Shown piece after piece: positions 34,905-47,494 of a stretch of DNA of 64,000 bases (position 1 is its first letter; each line of letters begins with the position of its first letter). Origin of the DNA: Nannocystis sp. (GTDB lineage Bacteria; Myxococcota_A; Polyangia; Nannocystales; Nannocystaceae); the NCBI RefSeq assembly GCF_016717175.1, contig NZ_JADKFZ010000004.1; one strand, 5' to 3'. Below the pieces are notes generated by a model. The model saw only the letters and a list, made by a program, of their open reading frames with translations. It ran no database searches and was not told where the DNA came from. A program made the translations under genes and the position numbers.

Positions 34905-35025
34905 TCGGAGGGGAGCGGGCGAAGGTGGTGCCGCGGGGGCACGTGGGAAGCCGGGAGGAGGTGCCGCGGGGGCACGTGCGGGAGATGATGAAGGTGGTGC
35001 CGCGGGGGCACGTGGAGAGTCGGGA
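34905..35025. repeat. Three evenly spaced (~33-bp period) copies of the palindromic motif GTGCCGCGGGGGCACGTG in the hpnC leader
   Basis: ggtgccgcgggggcacgtgggaagccgggaggaggtgccgcgggggcacgtgcgggagatgatgaaggtggtgccgcgggggcacgtggagagtcg. GTGCC/GGCAC inverted arms are followed by a CACGTG palindrome. It lies between the PMK-HMGR stop (35056) and the hpnC start (~34897). Confidence 0.85.
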
Positions 35026-35055
35026 GAATGTAGCCGAAGTGGCCGTGCGGCGGGC

Positions 35056-38401
<3,346 letters not shown>

Positions 38402-38405
<4 letters not shown>

Positions 38406-39322
38406 GGTTGCACCTCGACGAGCAGGGGCTCGTAGGTCGCGAAGGCGGCGAGCAGGGCGCTCGGGTCGGCGGGCGGGAGGACCAGCAAGGTGCCGCCGCC
38501 GCCGGCGCCGGTGAGCTTGGCCCCGAGGGCGCCCGCCGCGAGGGCGCTGGCTTGCAGGGCGTCGAGGGCGGGGGAGGAGACGTCGATGGCGCCGAGGAGG
38601 TGGTGGGCGATCGTCATGAGCTCGCCCAGGGCGGTGAGGTCCTGGTGGGCGAGGGCGCGGATGCTGGCCTCGGCGGCGGCCCCGAGGGCGGAGAGGGTCG
38701 GGGTGATCACGCTGCGCTGGCGCTCGAGGCGGGCGCGGACCTTGGCGACCTGGATCGCGGTGGAGCGGGGGATGTTGCTCGGGATGAGCAGGAGCGGGAG
38801 CGGGCCGGCGAGCGGGACGGGCTCGGCCCCGGCGCCGCGGACGAAGCGGAGCACGCCGCCCTGGGCGGCGACGCGGCTGTCGAGGCCGGAGGGTTCGCCG
38901 TGGAACACGCGCTCGCCGGCGAGGGAGGCGTCGACGAGCTCGTCGAGGTCGGCGTGTTCGCCGAGGACGAGGCGGGCGAGGGCGACGGTCAGGGCGGCGG
39001 AGCTGCCGAGGCCGGCGCGGGCGGGCAGGCAGGTGGTGCCGGTGATCGCCCAGCCGGTGACGGGGCCGTCGCAGTGGGTGAGGACCTCGAGGCAGGCGCG
39101 GGCGACCGGGTGCTCGCTGTCGGCGCGCAGCTCGAGCTCGAGTTGCCACTGCGGGATCGAGAGGGAGATCGGGAGCTTCGCGTGCTCGCGGGGGACGGCC
39201 TGCAAGCACACGCCCTGTGGGAGGCCGGCGGCGACGGCGGGGTGGCCGTAGACGACGGAGTGTTCGCCCAGCAAGATGACCTTGCCGCAGGCCTCGGCGC
39301 GGGGGTGAAGCGGGATCGGCAT
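38402..39322 (-). CDS. mvk: Mevalonate kinase (GHMP family)
   Basis: ACGKVILLGEHSVVYG is the N-terminal MK motif. ARAGLGSSAALTVALARLVL is the GHMP ATP-binding motif. The C-terminus reads KLTGAGGGGTLLVL. Confidence 0.8.
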
Positions 39323-39404
39323 GACTCGGGCGGCGGTGGGGAGCGACCTGGCGTCAGGTGATGCGACGATGGTTCGCGGTGGATCGACGTGGCGCGACGA
39401 GGGC

Positions 39405-40454
39405 TCAGGGGACCCAGCGGGCGAGGGCCGGGCCGAGGATCCGCGGGCAGCGCTGGAGCGCGGCGACGTCGGGCGAGCCGGTCAGCAGCATGATGCTGCG
39501 GACGGTGTGGATGAGGCGCTGCAGGAAGCTGAGGGCGCCGTCGAAGCCGCCGGCGCGGTGGGCCTTGAGCAGCGGGGCCGCGAGGCCGCCCGCGCTCGCC
39601 CCGAGGGCGATGGCCTTGGCGACGTCGGTGCCGCTGCGCAGGCCGCCGGTGGCGATGATCTCGAGGCCGAGGCCCTGGAGCTGGACCAGCGAGGCGGCGG
39701 TGGGGATGCCCCAGTCCCACAGCTCGTCGGCGAGCTGGCGTTCGGTCTCGTCGACGGCGCGGTGGGCCTCGACGGCGACCCAGCTGGTGCCGCCCGAGCC
39801 GCTGACGTCGACGTGGCGGACGCCGCAGGCCTGGATCTGGATGGCGACGGCGCGCGACAGGCCGCAGCCGGTCTCTTTGACGACGATCGGGATCGGGAGC
39901 TCCTGGACGAGGCGGCGGATGGTGTCGAGGCCGCCCGAGAAGTCGCGATCGCCGCCGGGCTGGACGATCTCCATGGCGGGGTTCAGGTGGATGCAGAGGG
40001 CGTCGCTGCCGGTCTCGCGGCACAGCTCGGCGATCTGGGCGGTGGTCATGGCGCGGGCCTGGACCAGGCCGAGGTTGCCGAGGAGGAGCACGTTCGGGGC
40101 CTGGTCGCGGACCTTGAAGGTCCAGGTGGTGCTCGGGCGCACGAACATGGCGCGCTGGCTGCCGAGGCCGATGCCGAGGCCGAGCTGGTCGGCGGCGCGG
40201 GCGAGGTCCTGGTTTATCGCGGCGGCCTCGTCGGTGCCGCCGGTCATGGCGGAGATGATGATCGGGGCCGCGAGGCGCTTGCCGAGCAGGTCGATGTGGC
40301 TGTCGACGGCGTCGGCGTGCATCTCCGGGAGGGCGCAGTGGACCAGCTCGACCTGCTCGAAGAGGCTGGTCTTGTCGCGGAAATTGACGTTGTCGCCGGC
40401 GCAGAGGGCGAGGTGGTCCTTCTTGCGCTGCGAGATGTCGAGGCGGTCCGCCAT
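39405..40454 (-). CDS. fni: Type-2 (FMN-dependent) isopentenyl-diphosphate delta-isomerase
   Basis: RKKDHLALC..., the TIM-barrel FMN-enzyme motifs PIIISAMTGGTDEAAAINQDLARAA ... IVVKETGCGLS ... VDVSGSGGTSW ... IIATGGLRSGTDVAKAIALGA, and 349 aa are all typical of IDI-2. Start is placed at MADRLDIS. Confidence 0.85.
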   Translation of the reverse strand: MADRLDISQRKKDHLALCAGDNVNFRDKTSLFEQVELVHCALPEMHADAVDSHIDLLGKRLAAPIIISAMTGGTDEAAAINQDLARAADQLGLGIGLGSQRAMFVRPSTTWTFKVRDQAPNVLLLGNLGLVQARAMTTAQIAELCRETGSDALCIHLNPAMEIVQPGGDRDFSGGLDTIRRLVQELPIPIVVKETGCGLSRAVAIQIQACGVRHVDVSGSGGTSWVAVEAHRAVDETERQLADELWDWGIPTAASLVQLQGLGLEIIATGGLRSGTDVAKAIALGASAGGLAAPLLKAHRAGGFDGALSFLQRLIHTVRSIMLLTGSPDVAALQRCPRILGPALARWVP

Positions 40455-40732
40455 GGGCGGAATGTAGCTCGCTGGGCGTGTGGGCGAGCGCGGGGACCCG
40501 TGTGGAAACTCCGCGGGAGCTCGGGCCGAAACTGCCGCGTGGGGCCAGCTGGGCGGGGTTTGGCGGCGGATCTCGGTGGGGGCGCCGGGCCGCCGCGTCG
40601 CTGGGTGATCCGCAGCACAAGGGGGCGGGCGCGGGGCGGGATCGCGGTGGTGGCCGTCGAGGTGCTTGTCGTGGTGGTGGCCCTCAGCACGGCTCCGTCG
40701 GTGCGGGCGTCGCGGTGGACCGCGGGGTGGGC

Positions 40733-41206
40733 TCAGTCGAGGTACTTGCCGTAGACGATCTTGTCGTCGCCGGGGCGGTAGAAGGCGGGGATGCGGGCCA
40801 GCTCGCGGTAGCCGCAGCGGAGGTAGAAGCTCTGGGTCGGCCCGTAGCTGTCCTTGCCCGAGGTCTCGATGAGCAGCAGCCGGCCGCCGCTGCTGCGCAG
40901 CTCGGACTCGACGAAGGCGATGAGGCGCTGGCCGTGGCCGTGGCCGTGGCAGGCGGGGTCGACGGCGATCCAGTACAGATCGTAGGTGCCGTCGGTGAGG
41001 GGGGTGGCGCCGTAACAGACGTAGCCGACGACGACGCCGTCGTGCTCGAGCACGTGGACCAGGTAGTCGCCCTTGTCGGGCTGGTGGATGGCCTCGGCGA
41101 CGAGCTCGTCGGCGCACTCGACCTCGGCGGGGGTGAACACGCCGGTGGCGACCAGGATCGCGTGGATCCGCGGGGCGTCGTCGGCGGCTACGCGGCGGAT
41201 GCCCAT
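40733..41206 (-). CDS. GNAT-family N-acetyltransferase
   Basis: A 157-aa protein with the acetyl-CoA-binding-like segment WIAVDPACHGHGHGQRLIAFVE typical of GNAT. The stop lies 279 bp upstream of the fni start. The start overlaps the preceding ATP-grasp gene by 19 nt. Confidence 0.75.
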   Translation of the reverse strand: MGIRRVAADDAPRIHAILVATGVFTPAEVECADELVAEAIHQPDKGDYLVHVLEHDGVVVGYVCYGATPLTDGTYDLYWIAVDPACHGHGHGQRLIAFVESELRSSGGRLLLIETSGKDSYGPTQSFYLRCGYRELARIPAFYRPGDDKIVYGKYLD

Positions 41207-42243
41207 GGTACCCGGTGGCCGTGCAGGCGGACGTGGATGAGCTCGCACAGGAAATCCTCGAAGCGGATGTCGGCCGCGGCGAGGGCCTTGCGGAAGCCGG
41301 AGCCGGGGCCGATGTCGGGGTTGGCGTTGATGTCGATGATGTTGATGCGGCCGTCGGGGCCGCGGCGGAGGTCGAAGCGGCAGTAGCCGCTCATGCCGAT
41401 CATGCCGGCGACGTGGCGGCAGGTGGCGTTGATCTCGGCGAGCAGGGTCGGGTCGAGGCTGTGGGCGATGCGGCTCTCGGTGCTGATGTCCTCGACGGAG
41501 CCGATGTTCCACTTGGCCTGCCAGCCGACGACGCGGGCCTCGGGGGCGAGGCCGGGGGCGAACACGATCTGGCCGGGCGGGAGGGCGACCATGCCCTGCT
41601 GGCTGGCGTAGAGGGCGAGGTTGTACTCCTCGCCGTCGATGAAGGCCTCGACCAGCGCGGGCTGCTGGTACTGGGCCCAGACGGCGTGGCAGCGGGCGAG
41701 CGCTGCGGCGGCGCTGCGGACGACGCCGGTGGCGTCGACGCCGATGCCGCCGTCCTCGCGGATCGGCTTGACGATGACGCGGCCGGAGGGGGCGCGGCGC
41801 AGCATCGCGTCGATGTCGGCGAGGATCTGTCCTTCGGGACAGCCAGGGGCGACGGCGAGGCCCTCGGGGGTGGCGACGCCGAGCTGGCGCAGGAGCTGCT
41901 TGATGAGGCCCTTGTCCTGGGTGAGGGCGATGGTCACCGCGTCGCAGCCGCAGTACGGGATGCCGAGGAGGTCGAGGGCGAGGACGAAGTGGGCCTCCCA
42001 GCGGGTCCGGCCGAGCACGCCCTCGCACAGGTTGAACACGAGGTCGGGGGCGTAGTCGCGGATCGCCAGGAGGGCCCCGGCGATGCAGTCGCCGACGGGG
42101 AACAGCTCGCAGTGGTGGTGCTGCGCGAGCGCGGCGTGGACGTCGAGCGCGGACTCGGCGACCTCGTCCTCGCCGAGGCGTTCGACCTCGTTGAGGTGCG
42201 GCTTGAGGTGGGTGTCGGCGTTGTAGGTGATGGCGATCTTCAT
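41188..42243 (-). CDS. D-alanine--D-alanine-ligase-family ATP-grasp enzyme
   Basis: MKIAITYNADTHL... has Ddl-like N- and central domains. The ATP-grasp motifs read GRVIVKPIREDGGIGV ... EEYNLALY ... CRFDLRRGPDGRINIIDINANPD. Start is placed at MKIAITY (ATG 42243). Confidence 0.8.
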   Translation of the reverse strand: MKIAITYNADTHLKPHLNEVERLGEDEVAESALDVHAALAQHHHCELFPVGDCIAGALLAIRDYAPDLVFNLCEGVLGRTRWEAHFVLALDLLGIPYCGCDAVTIALTQDKGLIKQLLRQLGVATPEGLAVAPGCPEGQILADIDAMLRRAPSGRVIVKPIREDGGIGVDATGVVRSAAAALARCHAVWAQYQQPALVEAFIDGEEYNLALYASQQGMVALPPGQIVFAPGLAPEARVVGWQAKWNIGSVEDISTESRIAHSLDPTLLAEINATCRHVAGMIGMSGYCRFDLRRGPDGRINIIDINANPDIGPGSGFRKALAAADIRFEDFLCELIHVRLHGHRVPWASAA

Positions 42244-42304
42244 CGTCGCGATCCTCGGCGTGCGCGGCAGACGGGTTGTCGGAGAGCGGCCAGAAAGTGC
42301 AGGG

Positions 42305-43342
42305 CTAGAAGTTGAAGGTGGAGGCGCGCTGGGACCAGCGTTCGCTGGCCACATCGAGGATGCGTGCGATCAGGCGGTCGTAGTCCCAGCCGTGGCCGCG
42401 GGCGATCCAGACCAGGTCGCTGTGGAGCGGGTTCAGACCCGGGAGGGGGTTGATCTCGATGAAGTTGGGGGCGCCGTCGCGGTCGCAGCGGATGTCGACG
42501 CGAGACAGGTCGCGGCAGGCGAAGGCGCGGTGGGCGTCGAGGGCGAGCTGGCGGATCGTGTCCAGCATCGCGGGGCTGACGGCGCCGCTGGCGAGCAGCT
42601 CGTCGCTCATGCGGTACTCGACCTGGTTGAGGTAGTCGCGCTTGACCTCGAGCGAGTAGACGAAGTCCCCGTCGTGGTGGCGGGGTTGCACCTGCATGAC
42701 GCCGAGGACCTCGGCGCCGGCGCCGTTGCCGAGGACGCCGACGGTGTACTCGTCGCCGGGCAGGAACTCCTCGATGAGCACGGGCTGGCGGTAGTTTCGC
42801 TGGAGGGTGGCGACCAGGGCGAGCAGCTCGGCGTGGTTGCGACACACCGAGTTGTTGCGGATGCCCATGGAGGAGCCCTCGGCGACCGGCTTGGCGAACA
42901 GCGGGTAGCGCAGGTCGACGCCGCCGAGGGGATCGTCGGCGCCGACGATGAGGAAGGGGGCGGTGGCGATGCCGTGGCCGGCGGCGAACAGCTTGGCGAG
43001 GCCCTTGTCGAGCGCGAGGGCCAGGGCGACCGGGTCGGAGCCGGTGTTGGGGATGCCGAGCATCTCCAGCATGGCGGGGACCTGGGACTCGCGGCCGCGG
43101 CCGCCGACGCCCTCGGCGAAGTTGAAGACGCCGTCGAGGCGATCACCGTGGGCGCGGCGGATCAGCGCGTCGAGCATGGGGGGGCCCCAGCCGAGGCGCT
43201 CGACCTCGTGGCCGAGGCGGCGCAGCGAGGCGGCGATCGCCGTGACGGTCTCCTCGGAGTCGAACTCCTCGTAGCGGTCGATCGGATCGCCCGCGAGTGG
43301 AGCGATCTCCGGGCGCAGGTTGAAGGTCAGGCCGAGGCGCAC
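42305..43342 (-). CDS. D-alanine--D-alanine-ligase-family ATP-grasp enzyme (second paralog)
   Basis: LGLTFNLRPE... resembles the neighbouring paralog. Motifs: YPLFAKPVAEGSSMGI ... DEYTVGVLGNG ... SRVDIRCDRDGAPNFIEINPLPGL. Start is chosen at the GTG with GGAAGGAGG 5-6 nt upstream; the ORF's upstream extension (LASLLAS repeats) is the 12-bp repeat array. Confidence 0.75.
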   Translation of the reverse strand: MRLGLTFNLRPEIAPLAGDPIDRYEEFDSEETVTAIAASLRRLGHEVERLGWGPPMLDALIRRAHGDRLDGVFNFAEGVGGRGRESQVPAMLEMLGIPNTGSDPVALALALDKGLAKLFAAGHGIATAPFLIVGADDPLGGVDLRYPLFAKPVAEGSSMGIRNNSVCRNHAELLALVATLQRNYRQPVLIEEFLPGDEYTVGVLGNGAGAEVLGVMQVQPRHHDGDFVYSLEVKRDYLNQVEYRMSDELLASGAVSPAMLDTIRQLALDAHRAFACRDLSRVDIRCDRDGAPNFIEINPLPGLNPLHSDLVWIARGHGWDYDRLIARILDVASERWSQRASTFNF

Positions 43343-43377
43343 GCGGACCTCCTTCCAGCGACCGAGCTGAAGGAGCG

Positions 43378-43473
43378 GTGAAGCCAGCGGTGGTGCCCGC
43401 AGTGAAGCCAACAGTGAAGCCAGCAGTGAAGCCAGCGGTGAAGCCAGCAGTGAAGCCAGCGGTGGCGTCAAAG
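43378..43473. repeat. About eight tandem copies of a 12-bp unit (gtgaagccagcr) in the leader of the ATP-grasp/mevalonate operon
   Basis: gtgaagccagcggtggtgcccgcagtgaagccaacagtgaagccagcagtgaagccagcggtgaagccagcagtgaagccagcggtggcgtcaaag. A lower-GC stretch (43590-43680) follows further upstream. Confidence 0.85.
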
Positions 43474-43802
43474 CAGCCGGGCGCGGCCCCAGGCGCAACC
43501 AGGAGCCGCGGGGTGGGCCGGTTGTCGATGGTGCGACCGGCAGGGGGAGGTTCTTCAGGCGGGGGAAGACTGGGAGGTTCCAAGGTAGCGATCCAACCGG
43601 GCAACCATAGCCAGATCGTTTCCAAGGGGAAGAGTTTTGTTTGCGGCGCTAGCGATTTGCGGGGCGGGACTGGTGGGGAATCGGGCGACCGGGTGGCCGA
43701 CGTTGCGTCGGTGGTCGTCGGGGCGGCAGGGGCGAGGTCGTCGCCGATCCTGGCGGGCGGCAGTCGGGGGTCGGCTGCCTGCGCCTGGGAGGGCCGCGGC
43801 GA

Positions 43803-46349
43803 TCAGCCGGGCTCGAGCACGAAGGGGTAGCTGACGGTGACGACGCCGCCGACTGGCTTGGGGAAGGTCCAGCGCAGCAGGGCGGCGCGGATGCATGCCC
43901 CGACGGTCTTGTCGGGGACGGTGTCCTCGCTGACGGTGGCGTTCGGGACCTTGCCCTTCAGGTCGATGTCGAACTGGATGACGACGCGGCCCTTGAGGTT
44001 GGGGTCGGCGCTGAGGCCCTGGTTGTAGCAGTGCCGGACCTCGTTGATGTGGGCGCGGACGATGCGGCGGATGATGTCCTTGTCGAGCGAGCCCTGGACC
44101 TCGGCCTTGGCCTGGCGCACGGTCGGGACGCGGGTGCCCCGGCCGCCGAAGCCGGCCCCTGCGCCGCGGCCGTAGCCGCTGCCCGTGCCGCCGCCGCCGC
44201 CCTTGCCGATGAGCCCGTAATTGCCGAGGCCGAGGGTGCCCTCGCCGTAGGCGCTGTTCTCGACGCCCTGCGGGAGCTCGAGCGGGACCTCGACGGTCTT
44301 GAGGCTGCCGTCGGGCTGCTTCTCGGGGCGGCGCTCGACGGCGACGAAGCTGGTGTACTCGGTCATGACGCGGTGCGAGATGGCGAGCTTGGTGACCTGC
44401 TCGATGATCGAGGTGTCGCCCCCGTTGTGCTTGAGGTTGGGGTAGCCGAGCAGGGCGTCGACCTGCTGGCGGGCCCACATCGAGGCCAGGCCGCTGTGCT
44501 CCTGGCCGGCGCGCAGGTCGAGCTTCAGGGGCATGGTGATCGGGGCGCCGCCGAGCCTGGCCTTGAGGGTGGCCTGGCCGGTGGTGGGGGCGCCGACGAA
44601 GCGGCCGTAGACGACGACGGGCTGGCCGGCGAAGAGGTCCGGGAGGGCGTTCGGGACGACGTCGGCGACGGGCAGGCCGCCCCAGTCGATCTCGATGTCG
44701 GTGAGCACGGGCGTGCCGATGTAGCCGTAGAAGCGCTCGACGACGGCGTCGGTGGCCTCGCCGGGGCCGACGTAGGTGACGGCGCCGCGGCCGATGCGGC
44801 TCATGCCGTCGAGGAGGTAGTGGTTGACGGAGCTGCCGACGCCGAGGCCGAACAGGCGGGCGTCGCCGCGGCGCTTCTCGATCTCGGCGAAGACCTCGAC
44901 CTCGTTGCCGATGTAGCCGTCGGTCAGGAACAGGACCATGCGCAGGCGCTCGGGGTCGGCGGGGCGCTCGAGCGCGGCCTTGATGCCGGCGAGCATCTCG
45001 GTGCCGCCGTAGCCCGCGAGGCGGGTGAGGAACTCGAGGCCGAGGGCGCGGTTGGCCGGGGTGTTGCGCAGCGGGGCCTCGGCGAGCTGGCTGGTGTCGC
45101 CGGCGAAGCGGAGGATCTGGAAGGTGTCGTCGGGGCCCATGCCGTCGAGCGCCTTCTTCACGGCGGCGACGGCGGTGGCCATCGGCGCGCCGTGCATCGA
45201 GCCGGAGGTGTCGAGCGCGAACACCAGCTCGCGCGGGCGGGCCTTGTCCTGCGGGTAGGCCTGGGGCGGCTCGACCGCGAGGGTGAAGTAGCCGCCGTCG
45301 TCACCTGTCTTTTGGGCCATGAGCTGGGCGCGCGGCTCGAGGCCGGCGAGCTGCCACGAGAGGTCGAAGTCGCGGTTGGGGCGGGCGCTGCCGCGGGCGA
45401 GCTCGAGGCGGGTGGTGGCGCCGGCGGCGTCGACGGTGAGCGCGTGGTACTTGGAGCGCAGGGCGGTGAGCGGGAAGGCGGCCTCGATAGCGACCTGGAT
45501 GTCGACGGTGGCGCAGCTGACGACGCCCTTGGCGAGGCCGGGCGAGCGGATCGCGGCCGCATCTGGGACTTGAGCGGTGTTGCCGGCGCTGTCGGGGCTG
45601 CCGGGGATGTAGCGGGGGCCGACGGTGATCGGGAGCAGCAGGCGGTAGCGGCCCTGCTCGCGGCGCAGCGGCTGGACCAGGTGCATCTCGACCTCGATGG
45701 TGCCGCCGGGCGGGATGTTGGCGACGGCCTGGGCGAACAGGTTGGGCCGGTTCTGCTCGAGCAGGGCGGCGCTCTGGCCGGCGTCGCGCGCGGCCTCGTA
45801 GGTGCGGCGGGCGTCGTCGCGGGTCTTCATGACGCCGCGGATCTCGCGACCGTCGACGCGGATCCAGTAGTCGTCGACGGCGGCGTCGGCGGGCAGCGGG
45901 AAGTTGTAGATCGCCTCGAGGCGGTCGGGCAGGGGGTTGTGGAACACCTGGATGACGGAGGTCTCGGCGACGGTGCCGATGACGACGGTGTCGTATCGGG
46001 TCTCGCGCAGCGGGAGGCCGAGCCATGCATCGCCCTTGCGGACGGCCATGCGGCCCTCGGATGCGGCGCTGTTCGGGTCGATCGGCGCTGCGTCCTGGGC
46101 GGGCGCAGCGTCGGCGCAGCGCGAGTCGTCGTCGACGGGGAGCTCCGAGCTGACGAGCTGGCCCTGGATCGGCTTGCGCGGCGGGCGGGCCGGTATCGCC
46201 AGAGCGTCGGAGCCGGGCGCGTCGTCGGGCGCGGCGACGGCGTGCTCGTCCCCTGGGGTCTCGCCGAGCTCGCCGCTGGGCGTACAGGCGAGGAGGCCGA
46301 GGAGGGGGGCGAGGACGGAAGGGCGACTCAGCGGTGATCGGGGGTGCAT
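43803..46349 (-). CDS. Secreted lipoprotein with VIT and von Willebrand factor A domains, a Gly-rich linker and an AgmX/PglI-like (TonB-C-like) C-terminal domain
   Basis: Lipobox LLGLLAC|T. The VIT-like N-terminus reads VVIGTVAETSVIQVFHNP. The VWA MIDAS-like motif is LVFALDTSGSMHG ... LFLTDGYIG. The C-terminus (IIRRIVRAHINEVRHCYNQGL...GRVVIQFDI...AALLRWTFP) resembles the C-terminus of 47495..48913. Confidence 0.85.
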   Translation of the reverse strand: MHPRSPLSRPSVLAPLLGLLACTPSGELGETPGDEHAVAAPDDAPGSDALAIPARPPRKPIQGQLVSSELPVDDDSRCADAAPAQDAAPIDPNSAASEGRMAVRKGDAWLGLPLRETRYDTVVIGTVAETSVIQVFHNPLPDRLEAIYNFPLPADAAVDDYWIRVDGREIRGVMKTRDDARRTYEAARDAGQSAALLEQNRPNLFAQAVANIPPGGTIEVEMHLVQPLRREQGRYRLLLPITVGPRYIPGSPDSAGNTAQVPDAAAIRSPGLAKGVVSCATVDIQVAIEAAFPLTALRSKYHALTVDAAGATTRLELARGSARPNRDFDLSWQLAGLEPRAQLMAQKTGDDGGYFTLAVEPPQAYPQDKARPRELVFALDTSGSMHGAPMATAVAAVKKALDGMGPDDTFQILRFAGDTSQLAEAPLRNTPANRALGLEFLTRLAGYGGTEMLAGIKAALERPADPERLRMVLFLTDGYIGNEVEVFAEIEKRRGDARLFGLGVGSSVNHYLLDGMSRIGRGAVTYVGPGEATDAVVERFYGYIGTPVLTDIEIDWGGLPVADVVPNALPDLFAGQPVVVYGRFVGAPTTGQATLKARLGGAPITMPLKLDLRAGQEHSGLASMWARQQVDALLGYPNLKHNGGDTSIIEQVTKLAISHRVMTEYTSFVAVERRPEKQPDGSLKTVEVPLELPQGVENSAYGEGTLGLGNYGLIGKGGGGGTGSGYGRGAGAGFGGRGTRVPTVRQAKAEVQGSLDKDIIRRIVRAHINEVRHCYNQGLSADPNLKGRVVIQFDIDLKGKVPNATVSEDTVPDKTVGACIRAALLRWTFPKPVGGVVTVSYPFVLEPG

Positions 46350-46477
46350 CGGCGGCTCACAGTGCCCGGACAGGCGAGGCGAGAGACAGCGCGAGCACGC
46401 GGAGGTTCCCGGCGAATGTGAGCACTCGGAAGGCCGCGCAGTGACCGGCCGAGATCGTTCGTATACCATGGCGGGGC

Positions 46478-47476
46478 GTGACGCGATTGAGTGAGCGAGG
46501 GCGAGGCGGGGCCACGCGCGGGGTCGGGCCGTGGTGGGCCCTGTGCGCGTTGCTGGGCTGCTTTCACGACGATGGTCCGGGGCAGCTGTGTCAGGGCGCT
46601 GCGTGTGCGGGGAGTACGGGTGCGCCGACGAGCGGGCCGACGAGCGGGCCGACGAGCGCGTCGACGGGGGCGGGCGACACGGAGGTGTCGGCCTCGATGG
46701 CGGCGACGGGCGCGAGCGAGACGACGGGCGCGCCGGTCGACACGGGCATCACGATGCGGCTCGATTCGATGCGCTTCATCGACCCGCACCTGTTCCTCAG
46801 CGACGGCGACGCGAACAACCCGATGTGCCAGGCGGACATCACGGACGCGGTGAACATGGTGCTGGGCGACGACATCGCGGCCTACAAGTTCAGCCTGCTG
46901 GTCCGCTTCGAGGACGTCGCGGCGACCGAGGTGCGGGTCATCGACGCGGAGTGCGAGGCGCCCGTGGAGCCGGGCGCGATGGCCCTGTGCAAGCCCAACG
47001 ACGGCACGCCGGCGGTGATCCTCGGGGTCGAGACGGTGGCGATGGGGAGCTGCCGCGACCTCGACCCCGCGGCCTATGCGGCGGTCAATGTGCCGTTGAT
47101 TAATGATCCGACCCAGCCGTGCGTGCGGACCAAGCGGGCGTCGTTCTCGCTGTCGATCAGCGGGTCGGTCGGGGCGCTCGATCTGCGCGAGGCGCAGTTC
47201 GTGGCGGAGCTCGATGATGCAGCGGCGCCGACGCGGCTGGTCGACGGGGTGCTGTACGGGTTCCTGCCGAAGGTCTCGGCGGAGGATCTGATGTTCGACC
47301 TGCCGCTGATCGGGACCAAGACGCTGTGGTCGGTGCTCGATGTGCCGGCCTGTGTCGCCCCCCACATGGACCTGCTGCCGAGCGTCGACACGCTCAAGAT
47401 CAACGGCATGGACGTGCCGGGGGTGTGGTTGGCGATCAACTTCACGGCGGCGCGGGTGCTGTATCAGCCGGGGTGA
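46478..47476 (+). CDS. Hypothetical lipoprotein
   Basis: Signal and lipobox WWALCALLGC|F, then a TSGP-rich linker, then a Cys-containing globular region. No recognisable domain. Confidence 0.55.
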   Translation: MTRLSERGRGGATRGVGPWWALCALLGCFHDDGPGQLCQGAACAGSTGAPTSGPTSGPTSASTGAGDTEVSASMAATGASETTGAPVDTGITMRLDSMRFIDPHLFLSDGDANNPMCQADITDAVNMVLGDDIAAYKFSLLVRFEDVAATEVRVIDAECEAPVEPGAMALCKPNDGTPAVILGVETVAMGSCRDLDPAAYAAVNVPLINDPTQPCVRTKRASFSLSISGSVGALDLREAQFVAELDDAAAPTRLVDGVLYGFLPKVSAEDLMFDLPLIGTKTLWSVLDVPACVAPHMDLLPSVDTLKINGMDVPGVWLAINFTAARVLYQPG

Positions 47477-47494
47477 GGGCGGGGTGAGGGCGGG

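Noticed and set aside
43378-43830. ORF 43378..43830 (+) beginning MKPAVVPAVKPTVKPAVKPAVKPAV, a possible KPAV-repeat protein.
   Set aside because: The repeat is the 12-bp tandem array read in one frame. The rest of the ORF is Gly/Arg-rich nonsense. It is antisense to the leader of a well-supported operon and has no RBS.
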